From an uncultured Acidobacteriaceae bacterium (lineage in GTDB: Bacteria > Acidobacteriota > Terriglobia > Terriglobales > Acidobacteriaceae), in assembly GCA_963830295.1 (NCBI GenBank), contig CAWHLT010000005.1, positions 292,202-356,201 on the forward strand: DNA of 64,000 nt, given 5' to 3'. Below are positions 7,939 to 17,835 of this stretch, piece after piece. The translations under genes and the position numbers were made by a program. Under the pieces are notes generated by a model. It saw only the letters and a program-made list of their open reading frames with translations, ran no database searches and was not told the origin of the DNA. How positions within the stretch are numbered: position 1 is the first letter of the stretch; every line of letters starts with the position of its first letter.

Positions 7939-9750
7939 CTAGCGCGGGCCTTCTGCCTCGCCCTTCAGCCACGCTGTCCGTCGCGCGCGCTGCTGTGCGG
8001 TAACGTTTTCCATGTCTTTGAGTTCGTAGGAGATTTCTTCGCGGCTTTCTACTTTCCACTTCAACTCGCGCTCTGCACCGCGCCGCCCGCGGATTTTCAC
8101 GGTAATCGTGTCGCCCGGATTCAGCCTTGCCATCTCCTGGGAAGATTCTTGTCCTGCCATCTTTCCATCGATCTCAACAACAGTGTCACCCACCTGCAGG
8201 CCGGCACGTTCCGCCTCACTGCCCGCCGTCACCGCAGCCACAGCCATTGGACCATCAAAGTTTCGCGAGGCCACAAACCCGGCATCCGCGATTGTGTTTG
8301 TCCCTTGCACCACATGCAGTCCCACACTGCGGAAAAAGTCATTCCACGGAATCTCATCGGTTCCCGAAACATACTTCGTGAAAAACCATCCCAGGTCCGC
8401 GTGGCTGACGGCTTCGGCAGCTTCGCGCACGCCGTCTGAGTCGGCGAAGAAGCGTCCCTTCTTAGCATAGTTCTGATTCATCCATTGAAAGACCTCGCGC
8501 AAGGACGCCTGTCCGTGGCTGGCCTCGCGCACCGCAAGATCGAGCGTGATGCCCAGCAACTCCCCCTTGTTGTAATACGAAATGCTGCGCTCCGGACGCC
8601 GGTAGTATGCGTCGCCCTCAAGCCACGCATCCAGACTCGACTCTTCCGCTGATTGCGTCAGGTGGGCTGGACGCCGCTCCAGTTCGCTGATCCCAGCCGC
8701 CAGGTCCTGCTCGAAGCGGGGTTCGCCGAGCAGGCTGCCGCGTAACTCGATGATGTCTGCCGCCGTGCTGGTGCATCCTTCGCTGAACCAGAGAGCCCGC
8801 GTGTAATTTTCTTTCGTATAATCCACCGGTTCCAGCGTCTGCGGGCGGATGCGTTTTACATTCCAAAGATGAAAGAACTCGTGCGCCGTCACCGAAGCCA
8901 GCGCGTCGGGGGCGCGCGCCAGGGCCTCGGCATTCAGAGAGATCGCGGTCGAGTAAGCGTGCTCCATGCCTCCGCCCGCCGGTCCGTGCGGAAAGTGATA
9001 AAGAAACATGTAGCTGTCGAAGGGACGATCGTTCATCCAACTGGTGGCAGCCGCGACGATCTTGCGCAGCATGGCCGTAAGCTTTTCCATGTCGTAGTCG
9101 CCCGGTTCGGCGTCGACAATCACGCGATAGTGTCCGCCGCCCTTGTCAAAATCAGATTCCTGAAACGTTCCGATTTCAACCGGAGAATCCACCAGCCGAT
9201 CATAGTTGTCAGCGCTAAAACCGCCTTCCGGGATTGAAGACAGTGGCGTAGCCACGCGCCATTTCTCGGGGACGTGAGTGAACCGCACGACCATCGGCCC
9301 GTTGCGCGCGTCCACGGGATACATAAGAACCTGCGCCAGATTGAAAAATGCATGATGCGAATTAAACTGCGCACCAAACGGCCCGAAGGAATCGACAAAC
9401 ATCTGATATTCGACGACGGCGCCGCCCTGCGCGCCCGCGATCTGCCAGCGGCTCTTATCGAGCGCACGCACTGTGAGCGCGTGGCCCGGCCGATCTTTCG
9501 CGCGCACCCAATTCACGTATTGCGCGAAGTCGCGTACCTGGTACAGCGCATTCCATACTGGAAGCTGCAACTCCCGTTGTGCCGCGCCTTCCGGCAATTG
9601 GATCTGCACCTCGACCAGATGCTGCTCAGGATTCGACAGCGAAATTGTGTAGTTGGTTGCGGCGCCGCAACGAGCCAGGGCCATCCCGAAAAACAGCGCG
9701 AAGCGAAACATCTGTCGAGTAGTATGTGCGGTCACGATCGAATGCCTCAT
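7939..9750 (-). CDS. M61 family glycyl aminopeptidase with C-terminal PDZ domain
   Basis: HEFFHLWNVKRIRP zinc motif typical of M61. C-terminal GLQVGDTVVEIDGK PDZ-like segment. A signal peptide is likely from Met14 (alternative start 9711). Confidence 0.85.
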   Translation of the reverse strand: MRHSIVTAHTTRQMFRFALFFGMALARCGAATNYTISLSNPEQHLVEVQIQLPEGAAQRELQLPVWNALYQVRDFAQYVNWVRAKDRPGHALTVRALDKSRWQIAGAQGGAVVEYQMFVDSFGPFGAQFNSHHAFFNLAQVLMYPVDARNGPMVVRFTHVPEKWRVATPLSSIPEGGFSADNYDRLVDSPVEIGTFQESDFDKGGGHYRVIVDAEPGDYDMEKLTAMLRKIVAAATSWMNDRPFDSYMFLYHFPHGPAGGGMEHAYSTAISLNAEALARAPDALASVTAHEFFHLWNVKRIRPQTLEPVDYTKENYTRALWFSEGCTSTAADIIELRGSLLGEPRFEQDLAAGISELERRPAHLTQSAEESSLDAWLEGDAYYRRPERSISYYNKGELLGITLDLAVREASHGQASLREVFQWMNQNYAKKGRFFADSDGVREAAEAVSHADLGWFFTKYVSGTDEIPWNDFFRSVGLHVVQGTNTIADAGFVASRNFDGPMAVAAVTAGSEAERAGLQVGDTVVEIDGKMAGQESSQEMARLNPGDTITVKIRGRRGAERELKWKVESREEISYELKDMENVTAQQRARRTAWLKGEAEGPR

Positions 9751-9752
9751 TC

Positions 9753-11228
9753 TTATTGCTTCCCCGCCGCGTTTGCGGCGTTGACCGCTGTGGGTTCGGC
9801 CCCCAATGCCCTCAGCCGCGCCGGAAGTTTCTCATAGATGCCGCCAAAGCCGCCGTTGGAAAGAATGGCCACCACATCGCCGCCGCGCATCTCCGGAGCG
9901 ATCGTCTGCACGATCGCATCCGCATCCGCAATCAACCGCGCGCGCCCGCCAAGGTTCTGAATATCCGCCGCCAGTTCCGGCAACTCGAGGCGCTCGTTGG
10001 CCGGCACAGCCTCCGACCGGAAGACACCGGCCACGATGACTTCGTCCGCCAGCGCGAGACTTCGCGCCAGATCGGCTTGCAGCACGCGCCGCCGCAGCGT
10101 ATTCGACCGCGGCTCCAGAATGGCCCACAACCGCGCGCCCGCATAACGCGCCCGCAATGCCTTCAGCGTGCCCGCAATCGCCGTGGGATGATGCGCAAAG
10201 TCGTCAATGATGGTGACGCCGTTCACCTGCGCCTTCACTTCTAAACGGCGCTTCACGCTCTTGAAGGTCTTCAGCGCCGCTGCAATTTCCTCTTTCGAGA
10301 TGCCGTAGGCCGCAGCCAGTGCCGCCGCGGCGGTCGCATTCCATACGTTGTATTCGCCCGCCAGCGGGAACTGGAGCTCCGCCCAGAGTTGTCCATGGTG
10401 CAGCACAGACCACAATGTTCGCCCAGCCTCGAATTTCAGATCCGTGATTCGCCACTCTGAGCGCGCGTTTGCGCCATAGCGCTCCACCGGGCAGAACGCC
10501 TTGCTCAACGAGCGCTCGAGGCTGGGGCTTTCGGGGGCATCGCCGGCCATTCCGTCGAAAGCGATGATGCGGCCGCGGCGCGGAATCAGATTCACCAGCC
10601 GCTTGAACGCAATCTCGACCGCATCCAGATCTTTGTAAATATCGGCGTGATCGAACTCCACGGAAGTCAGAATCACAGCATCGGGAAAGTAATGCAGAAA
10701 CTTCGGTCCCTTGTCGAAAAACGCCGTGTCGTATTCGTCGCCTTCCAGGATGAAATGTTTCCCCTGGCCCAGATGAAAGCTCGATCCAAAATTCTCCGCG
10801 ATGCCGCCGATTAGAAACGACGGCTGCATGCCCGCGGTGTGAAAAATCCACGCCAGCATTGAAGTGGTCGTAGTTTTTCCGTGCGTGCCCGCCACCACCA
10901 GAACTTCCTTGCCGCAAAGAAACTCCTCACGCAGCAGTTGCGGCAACGAGCAAAATGGAATGCGCTGGTCGAGCACTTGCTCCAATTCGGGGTTGCCTCG
11001 CGAGATTGCGTTGCCAACCACGATCAAGTCAGGGCGCGGATCAACATTCCGTGGATCAAACGGCTGGGCCACGGGAATGCCCAGTTCCGTCAAAAAATCC
11101 GACATCGGCGGATACGCCGCAGCGTCCGACCCGGTCACGCGAAACCCACGCTGCTTCAGCATCCCTGCCAGCGACGCCATGGCCGTGCCGCAAATGCCGA
11201 TCAGATGAATGTGCTTGTTTTCGTCCAT
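9753..11228 (-). CDS. mpl: UDP-N-acetylmuramate:L-alanyl-gamma-D-glutamyl-meso-DAP ligase (murein peptide ligase)
   Basis: Collinear similarity to E. coli Mpl as I recall it: IHLIGICGTAMASLAGML, AGTHGKTTTTSM, EGDEYDTAFFDK, DDFAHHPTAI, SNGGFGGI. Confidence 0.9.
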   Translation of the reverse strand: MDENKHIHLIGICGTAMASLAGMLKQRGFRVTGSDAAAYPPMSDFLTELGIPVAQPFDPRNVDPRPDLIVVGNAISRGNPELEQVLDQRIPFCSLPQLLREEFLCGKEVLVVAGTHGKTTTTSMLAWIFHTAGMQPSFLIGGIAENFGSSFHLGQGKHFILEGDEYDTAFFDKGPKFLHYFPDAVILTSVEFDHADIYKDLDAVEIAFKRLVNLIPRRGRIIAFDGMAGDAPESPSLERSLSKAFCPVERYGANARSEWRITDLKFEAGRTLWSVLHHGQLWAELQFPLAGEYNVWNATAAAALAAAYGISKEEIAAALKTFKSVKRRLEVKAQVNGVTIIDDFAHHPTAIAGTLKALRARYAGARLWAILEPRSNTLRRRVLQADLARSLALADEVIVAGVFRSEAVPANERLELPELAADIQNLGGRARLIADADAIVQTIAPEMRGGDVVAILSNGGFGGIYEKLPARLRALGAEPTAVNAANAAGKQ

Positions 11229-11240
11229 ATTCTTTTTATG

Positions 11241-11323
11241 GCCTTTGCTTTTCGCGTCTTTTCTTTGCGTCTTTTCTTTGCGTCTTTCGCGGATTTTCTT
11301 TGCGGCTTTTGCGGTTAGCTCTT
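11241..11323. repeat. CTTTGCG-word tandem array (class C repeat) between ldcA and mpl
   Basis: gcgtcttttctttgcgtcttttctttgcgtctttcgcggattttctttgcggcttttgcggttagc. Read on the minus strand it is TAACCGCAAAAGCCGCAAAG... following the ldcA stop. Confidence 0.8.
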
Positions 11324-11340
11324 GACTTTGAATTTCGCGC

Positions 11341-12297
11341 CTAAACAGCAGTGACCGCCCCTTCCAAAATCCTCAAGCTCACCTGCCCGCCACGCACCGT
11401 CAAGCCAGCCCGCACGCCGAAAGGCAGCGTGATGTTCCCCGCCGTCACATGCCCGGACCGCACTCCATAAGCAACCGGCACTCCCAATGAGCCCGCAATT
11501 CGCAACACAACTTCTTGCAGCGTGTAGCCCTGATTCGCGTTCTGCAAGCAGTCGCGCATTTCGCCGAAGACAATGCCGCGCACTCCGTCCAACTTGCCCG
11601 CCAGCTTCAACTGCATGAGCATACGGTCGATCTGATAAGGCTTCTCCGCCACATCCTCAAGAAACAGGATCGTTCCCTCCGTGCAAATCTCATAAGGCGT
11701 GCCCAGCGACGCCACCAGAATAGACAGGCAGCCGCCGTACAAAATTCCTTCAGCGCTTCCCTCCACCAAACCGATTACCCCGGAACCCGCGCCCAGATTG
11801 AGTTCCCAGGCAGACGCGCCGGCCAGTGCCGCTTGCCATGAAGCCATATCCACGCCATCGTCACGCGCCCAATCTTTCGCCACCATTGGACCGTGAAAGC
11901 TCACCAGGCCCACAGCATCGGCAAAATAGGTAAGCAGCGCAGTGTGATCGCTGTAGCCGACAAAAATCTTGGGATGCGCTTTAATCTTCTTCGGATCCAG
12001 CACTGGCAGCAGATAATTCGCGCCATACCCGCCGCGCGCGCACACAATCGCCCGCACCTCGTCGCGCGCAAACATATCTTCCAGTTCGCGCGCGCGGCGC
12101 TCCACCGATCCCGCAAAGTAAAGGTGTTGATCGAGAATGGAGTCGAAATAAAACGGCCGATAGCCCGCGCGCCGCAGCCCTTCGCAGCCAGCCTCCAGAT
12201 CGCCGCGCTTGACGTTGCTGGCGGGCGCCACAATGCCGACCGTATCGCCCGGTCGAAGGGCAGGCGGCTTAATCCGGGGAGTAGTTGATGAAGACAT
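11341..12297 (-). CDS. ldcA: LD-carboxypeptidase (S66, muramoyltetrapeptide carboxypeptidase)
   Basis: GDTVGIVAPAS, GYSDHTALL and a C-terminal His region typical of S66. Adjacent to mpl. Confidence 0.8.
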   Translation of the reverse strand: MSSSTTPRIKPPALRPGDTVGIVAPASNVKRGDLEAGCEGLRRAGYRPFYFDSILDQHLYFAGSVERRARELEDMFARDEVRAIVCARGGYGANYLLPVLDPKKIKAHPKIFVGYSDHTALLTYFADAVGLVSFHGPMVAKDWARDDGVDMASWQAALAGASAWELNLGAGSGVIGLVEGSAEGILYGGCLSILVASLGTPYEICTEGTILFLEDVAEKPYQIDRMLMQLKLAGKLDGVRGIVFGEMRDCLQNANQGYTLQEVVLRIAGSLGVPVAYGVRSGHVTAGNITLPFGVRAGLTVRGGQVSLRILEGAVTAV

Positions 12298-12393
12298 TCA
12301 ACAAGACGGCCGTATGAAAATACGATTCAAACGCTTCGGTTCTTGCACCCAAGGATTGTGAACGGCAAAATCGCATCCAGAAAAGCGAGCAAT

Positions 12394-13209
12394 CTAACTC
12401 AGAAAAAACCCTCCCCGGCAAACCAGTCGCGCCGCCCCGCGAAGAAACACGCGCTTGCCTTCCTGACGCACCGCCTGGATTCCCCCCGGAGCATGCACCC
12501 GAACCGGCGATCCTGCCCTGCTCGCCGCCATCGCAGCGACAGCCGCCGCGCAAGAGCCCGTCCCGGAAGATTGCGTCTCTCCCACTCCTCGCTCAAAAAA
12601 GCGCGCGCTCACATCATGCTTGCCATCGACCACAACCATCTCAATATTCACGCCGTGTTTGAACTGCGAACTGCGCTGAATTTCCGCAGCTCGTGCTTGC
12701 CAGTTCGCGGCAAACTCGGGCACAAACAAAACATAGTGCGGATTCCCCATCGAAACCGGAATCCCGCGCGCTTCACCCGCGCCTACCTTCACCGCCAATT
12801 CCGTACCCACGGCGGCTTCGCCCATTTCGACCTCGAACTCGTATTCGGCTTCGGTGCGGCCAGTCAGCACGCAAGTCTTCAATCCCGCCCCGGTCTGGAT
12901 CGTGATTTTCTCCAGCCCGCGCTCCGCGCAAATATAAGCTGCAACACAGCGCGTGCCATTGCCCGAGATCTCCGCCTCGGAACCATCGGCGTTGATCAGC
13001 CGAATCTCCACATCCGCCGACGAGTGCGGATACATCCATTCCACTCCATCCGCGCCGACGCCTTCGTGCCGGTCGCACATGCGTTGCGTGAGCGCCGCCT
13101 TGTCGGCAGGAGCGGCTGCGTCTGCGATGACCGCGGCATCGATCAAGAGAAAATCATTGCCGCAGGCGCTCGCCTTTACAAACGGAATCACCGCGCCAGC
13201 CCGACTCAC
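12394..13209 (-). CDS. dapF: Diaminopimelate epimerase
   Basis: FVKASACGNDFLLID, NADGSEAEISGNGTRC and GETQSSGTGSCAA contain the two catalytic Cys motifs. Confidence 0.9.
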   Translation of the reverse strand: MSRAGAVIPFVKASACGNDFLLIDAAVIADAAAPADKAALTQRMCDRHEGVGADGVEWMYPHSSADVEIRLINADGSEAEISGNGTRCVAAYICAERGLEKITIQTGAGLKTCVLTGRTEAEYEFEVEMGEAAVGTELAVKVGAGEARGIPVSMGNPHYVLFVPEFAANWQARAAEIQRSSQFKHGVNIEMVVVDGKHDVSARFFERGVGETQSSGTGSCAAAVAAMAASRAGSPVRVHAPGGIQAVRQEGKRVFLRGAARLVCRGGFFLS

Positions 13210-13910
13210 TCCAGTTCCACCGGTCCTAACGATGTTACGCTGCCCAGCACCGGCGATGCCTTCAGGCCGCTCAAAATCTCCTGCTGGTCACGGTTGCACC
13301 CAGCTACGTCAAACTGCATCCGCACGTGCTGGCCCGTATTTCCAGTCAAAACGTTCTGCATCAGGCGATGCTTGTGTTCGAGAATGCGGTTCACCTCCTG
13401 GCTGATCTCGTCAACGTTTCCGCCCGTGACCTCATAGCTGGTCAACAGTCTCTTCAAGTTGAACGTCCGCTCCAGATGGCCCAAAGCGAACAGTACGATC
13501 AAAACCACCCCGGTCGCGAAGATCGCCGTCACGTAGAGTCCGCCACCCGCAGCCATTCCCACCGATGCCACCACGAATAAGGTTGCAGCCGTGGTTAACC
13601 CCGTGGTCAGGCCGCGCATGTGCAAAATCGATCCCGCGCCGATGAATCCGATGCCGGGAATGATCTGAGCAGCAATGCGGGTATAGTCCGAAGGCTCGGC
13701 CGCAATCGCCCGCGATAACACGGTGAACAGCGCCGCGCCGAAACAGATGAACATGTTCGTGCGCAGCCCGGCGGGGCGGTGCTTCATTTCCCGCTCCAGT
13801 CCTATGATGCCGCCTAGAATCGCCGCCAGCGCCAGGCGTGTGAGAGTGGTCGCGGCAAATCCACTCGCCATCTCTCCGTGCATCGACTCGAAAATACGCT
13901 GCCAATTCAT
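13206..13910 (-). CDS. MgtC/SapB family membrane protein
   Basis: LAAILGGIIGLEREMKHRPAGLRTNMFICFGAALF is the MgtC signature. C-terminal soluble ACT-like domain. 4-nt overlap with dapF. Confidence 0.8.
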   Translation of the reverse strand: MNWQRIFESMHGEMASGFAATTLTRLALAAILGGIIGLEREMKHRPAGLRTNMFICFGAALFTVLSRAIAAEPSDYTRIAAQIIPGIGFIGAGSILHMRGLTTGLTTAATLFVVASVGMAAGGGLYVTAIFATGVVLIVLFALGHLERTFNLKRLLTSYEVTGGNVDEISQEVNRILEHKHRLMQNVLTGNTGQHVRMQFDVAGCNRDQQEILSGLKASPVLGSVTSLGPVELE

Positions 13911-13999
13911 GGGCTAATGTTTCACATTCGGCAAAGACTGCGGATGGCCGGATTTTACCACTGGAATGGACAGACATTGGCCCGTTGCAGTAACCCGCG

Positions 14000-15746
14000 T
14001 GATTACCGCGTCTGTTCCTGGCCGCGTGCTTGCAGTCGTCCCTGAAAGATCACCGCCGGAGGCTGACCCGTAGTGTGGATCTCGACCAGCGCCTTCAGAT
14101 GCCGATCCTCCGCCGCCTTCCACACTGGATCGCCCTCGAAGCCCACGGCATAATCCGCGAACGCAGCTGGATCCGCCAACGCCCGCTCCCACAAACCTTC
14201 CGGATCCACCGGCCGCACCCACACTCGATGATTGCCTTCGTTGATCACCCTCTGCAACGGGATTCCTCCCTGCTCGAGCGCACCCGCGTGCTCGCCCAGA
14301 TACATCAGCAGGGTGGAATCCCGGCAAAGATTTGATCCACCCCGCGAGTTGTCCATCCAGCGCCACACGCCCGCGCATATTGGCGGCAGCTTCGCGGTAG
14401 CAGATCGGCTCCGCGCGCCAGATCACGGCATAGCTTGCAATCACCAGCACCAGTACGCCTGCCAACGCCGCGACCTGCGCCCATCTCGGGGAAAGCTCAA
14501 TGCGAAAAATATTGATCGATGATTCCACAAGAAATGCAAGACCCAGCGGCACAAACACTGCGAATGCCGGAAGCAATTGCAATCCGTAGCGCAGGTTGTA
14601 ATGGGAAAACGGCCACCACGGCGGTACAAAGATCGGGACGCTCCCATAGGCAACGGATAATGCGTAAAACGGCAGCGGAGTCCACAGCACCAAGGCAATT
14701 CGCCCGCGCCCGCGGAATGCCGCCACCAGACTTCCCAGCAGAGCCAGCGCCAGCCAGAGCCGTCCCAGCCACTTCGCCTCGCCCACATTCAGTTCCGCAG
14801 CCTTCAGAAAATACGCGCCGGCGGCCAACGGATTTCTTTTTGCCGGATTCACAGTGGCGGTCTTCTGTTCGATCGCTTTCGCGGAATAAGGCCCGCGGGC
14901 GAACTCCAGCGGATCCCGATAGACGATGCTGTTGTAACCGAGCCAAAGCACCGGGCCAGCGGCCGCCAGCAAAACAAATTTCGCCAGCAGCGTCCGCGAT
15001 GATGAAAGAGATTTGAGGTCCAAAGACCTGGGCGCCTCAGTTCTCGCGTCTTTTGCGAGAAAGCCTGTCCTGAGCTTGTCGAAGGATGGGGCTCTGTCCG
15101 TCACTACCAGAGCTCCAACCACCAAAACCGCAGACAGGAACCACCCGTCATACCGTGTCAAACAAGCTGCGAACAAACACAATCCGCATTTAGTCAGTGC
15201 CCGGCCAGGTTTAGCTCCGCCGCGAGCGAACTCGGCAAAATACAGGACCGCCCAGATGAAGAACGCCAGATACAGCGACTCGCCCATCGCCGTAGCCTGC
15301 ATGTAAATCAAATTTGGATTTGCAGCATAGATGCCGGCCGCCGCCCACGCCCCAAGCTTCGCCGTCCCATCCAATTCCCCATCGCGCGTGAACGCCGCGC
15401 GCACCAGCCGGAAGATTCCCAGAACTCCGAACACAAATCCCGCCATCGACGGGATTGAGCCTCCCGAACCGCTCTGCCACATCTGTTTCGACAGGATGAA
15501 CGGCATAATCAGCAAATGCGGCAGGGGCAGCCACACCGTTCCCAACTCCAGCAGACCGGGAGTTTTCGAGTCGAAGACGCGGCGCGCGATATTGATGTGC
15601 GCCACGGCATCGCCGTACAGCAGCACATCTCCATGCCGGTAGTAGAAGAGAAAGGAAAATACCGAGACGAAAATCGCCAGCCATACCAGGCGCACGACCT
15701 CAATCTCGGAATACGGCCTAAGCGGGGCAGGTTGCGGCTTCTTCAT
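14000..15746 (-). pseudogene. Polytopic GT-C-type (ArnT/PMT-like) membrane glycosyltransferase, frameshifted once. Family assignment is tentative.
   Basis: Many TM helices and a YGDAVAHINIARR loop. The listed ORF 13914..15746 becomes Arg/Gly-rich junk after ..GWIKSLP. ORF 14003..14368 continues plausibly (DSTLLMYLGEHAGALEQGGIPLQRVINEGNHRVWV..). This implies a 1-nt indel near 14318-14330. Confidence 0.6.
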
Positions 15747-16666
15747 TCGAGGTGCGTCAGTTCGCGAAAAATCTGAAAGCGTGCGTCAATCTCTTCGCGC
15801 GTAAGGGACTGCAACCGCTCTGTGCCAAAGCTTTCCACGGCGAATGACCCCATCACTCCGCCATAAAACAGCGCCCGCTTCAGCACTTCGCGGTTCAACG
15901 TTTCCTGCGATGCCACATAGCCCATAAACCCGCCGGCGAAGGAATCCCCTGCTCCAGTCGGATCCTTTACTTCATCGAGCGGTAGAGTCGGCGCGCGAAA
16001 TGGATGACGCCCAATCCCGAATGCTCCTTCGCGAAAGAAAATCGTCGCCCCATACTCGCCGTGCTTGATCACCAGCGCCTGCGGGCCCATGGCCAGCACT
16101 TTCTGCGCCGCACGCGGCAGGCTGGTTTCGTGCGCCAGCATCTTCGTCTCGGTATCGTTGATCAGCAGCACGTCAACCAGCTTCAGCGTTTCGGCCAGTT
16201 CCGAGCGCGCACCGTTGATCCAGTAATTCATGGTGTCGCATCCGGTAAGCCGCACGCCGTTCATCTTGCGGCGCACGTTGGCCTGCAACGTGGGCTGGAT
16301 GTTGGCCAGAAACAAGAACTCCGTGTCCTCGTACTCTTTTGGGATGCGCGGCTGGAACTTTTCAAACACATTCAGATCAGTGAACGTCGTCTTGGCTTCG
16401 CTCAGGTTCTCGCTGTAGGTCCCGCCCCAGCGAAACGTTTTTCCCGAGGCGCGCTCGATGCCGCGCGTATCCACGCCGCGCTTTTTCAAAACCTGTTCAT
16501 GCTCCGGGCCAAAGTCGTCGCCCACCACGGCGACCATGCGCACCTGGGTGAAATAGCTGGCCGCTAGCGAGAAATAAGTCGCCGCCCCGCCAAGTATCCC
16601 CTTCACGTTGCCCGAAGGCGAAGCGATGTCATCAAAAGCAACTGAACCAACAACCACAATGCTCAT
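15743..16666 (-). CDS. PfkB-family carbohydrate/nucleoside kinase
   Basis: N-terminal GSVAFD and C-terminal DPTGAGDSFAGGF ribokinase-family motifs. ATGA overlap with the downstream gene. Confidence 0.8.
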   Translation of the reverse strand: MSIVVVGSVAFDDIASPSGNVKGILGGAATYFSLAASYFTQVRMVAVVGDDFGPEHEQVLKKRGVDTRGIERASGKTFRWGGTYSENLSEAKTTFTDLNVFEKFQPRIPKEYEDTEFLFLANIQPTLQANVRRKMNGVRLTGCDTMNYWINGARSELAETLKLVDVLLINDTETKMLAHETSLPRAAQKVLAMGPQALVIKHGEYGATIFFREGAFGIGRHPFRAPTLPLDEVKDPTGAGDSFAGGFMGYVASQETLNREVLKRALFYGGVMGSFAVESFGTERLQSLTREEIDARFQIFRELTHLE

Positions 16667-16690
16667 TGCGCTGCTCTCTTCCTTCCGTAA

Positions 16691-16774
16691 GTGGTCAGTG
16701 GCCAGTGGTCAGTGGTCAGTAAAATCTCTTATGCGGGGGTTTCTACTGACCACTGACCACTGATCACCGACCAC
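16691..16774. repeat. Heptamer-array hairpin (class B): (CAGTGGT)n arm, 24-nt loop, complementary arm
   Basis: The arms are 16691-16720 (gtggtcagtggccagtggtcagtggtcagt) and 16745-16774 (actgaccactgaccactgatcaccgaccac). 27 of 30 positions are complementary. Confidence 0.9.
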
Positions 16775-16779
16775 TGCCT

Positions 16780-17655
16780 TCAACCACTGCCTTCCACGTA
16801 CTTTCCGATAATCAATCTAAGTTTCTTTTTTGCAGCTGCCGGAATCTTCTTAGGATCGGTCAAGATCGCGTGTGCCAGGGCAGACCCGCACTTGCACGAT
16901 CGCTCCCGCGGCATCGCAGCTATCGTCTCACGTACAACTTTCGCGGCATTCTCCGCATTCTTCCCCAGCACCGCGATGACTTGATCGACCGTCACGGCAT
17001 CGTGATGCGGATGCCAGCAGTCGTAATCCGTCACCATCGCCACCGTCACGTAGCAAAGCTCGGCTTCGCGCGCCAGCTTCGCCTCCTGCAAATTAGTCAT
17101 GCCGATCACATCCATACCCAGCCCGCGGTACACATTCGATTCCGCTTTCGTCGAAAACTGTGGCCCCTCCATGCACAAATAAGTTCCGCCGCGTTTGGCG
17201 GTGACGCCGGCCTTTTTGCAGGCAACCTCAACCACGCCCGCCAGTTCGCTGCATATAGGATCGGCAAACCCAACGTGCGCCACCACTCCGCCACCGAAGA
17301 ATGTATCCACGCGATGCCGCGTGCGATCGAAGAACTGATCCGGGATCACGAAATCCAGCGGCTTGTGCTCTTCTTTCAGCGAACCCACTGCGGAAACCGA
17401 AACAATTCTCTCGACTCCAAGCTGCTTGAACCCATGAATATTCGCGCGAAAATTCAGCTCGCTGGGCAGAATGCGGTGGCCTCGCGCATGCCGCGCCAGG
17501 AACGCGACTTTGCGCCCCTCCAGCGTGCCGCAAACATAAGCGTCCGAAGGAGCGCCAAACGGAGTCTTCAAGCGCACTTCTTTCACACGGCTCAGCCCCG
17601 GCATGGCGTAAAGCCCGCTGCCGCCGATAATTCCAATCTCCGCCTGTACCAACAA
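16780..17655 (-). CDS. mtnP: S-methyl-5-prime-thioadenosine phosphorylase
   Basis: [10 protein letters not shown], a purine nucleoside phosphorylase fold and MVTDYDCWH typical of MTAP. Confidence 0.9.
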   Translation of the reverse strand: MLVQAEIGIIGGSGLYAMPGLSRVKEVRLKTPFGAPSDAYVCGTLEGRKVAFLARHARGHRILPSELNFRANIHGFKQLGVERIVSVSAVGSLKEEHKPLDFVIPDQFFDRTRHRVDTFFGGGVVAHVGFADPICSELAGVVEVACKKAGVTAKRGGTYLCMEGPQFSTKAESNVYRGLGMDVIGMTNLQEAKLAREAELCYVTVAMVTDYDCWHPHHDAVTVDQVIAVLGKNAENAAKVVRETIAAMPRERSCKCGSALAHAILTDPKKIPAAAKKKLRLIIGKYVEGSG

Positions 17656-17835
17656 TCCTCCAAAGTCGCGCGCCTTACAGAAATCGTCCGCGAGCCGCGA
17701 CCAAACCTGTGATTATACAAGACCCTCTGTGAACCTCTGCCTGCCCTGTATCGCCGAAGCTCCGCGCCGAGGCTCGGGGCAGCCGAAGCGCGCCCTCTGT
17801 GGTTGAACGTCTTCCTAAGCCGCTACAATCGATCT

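Noticed and set aside
12343-13437. 364-aa plus-strand ORF
   Set aside because: It is antisense to dapF and the MgtC-like gene. It is Arg/Ser-rich junk.
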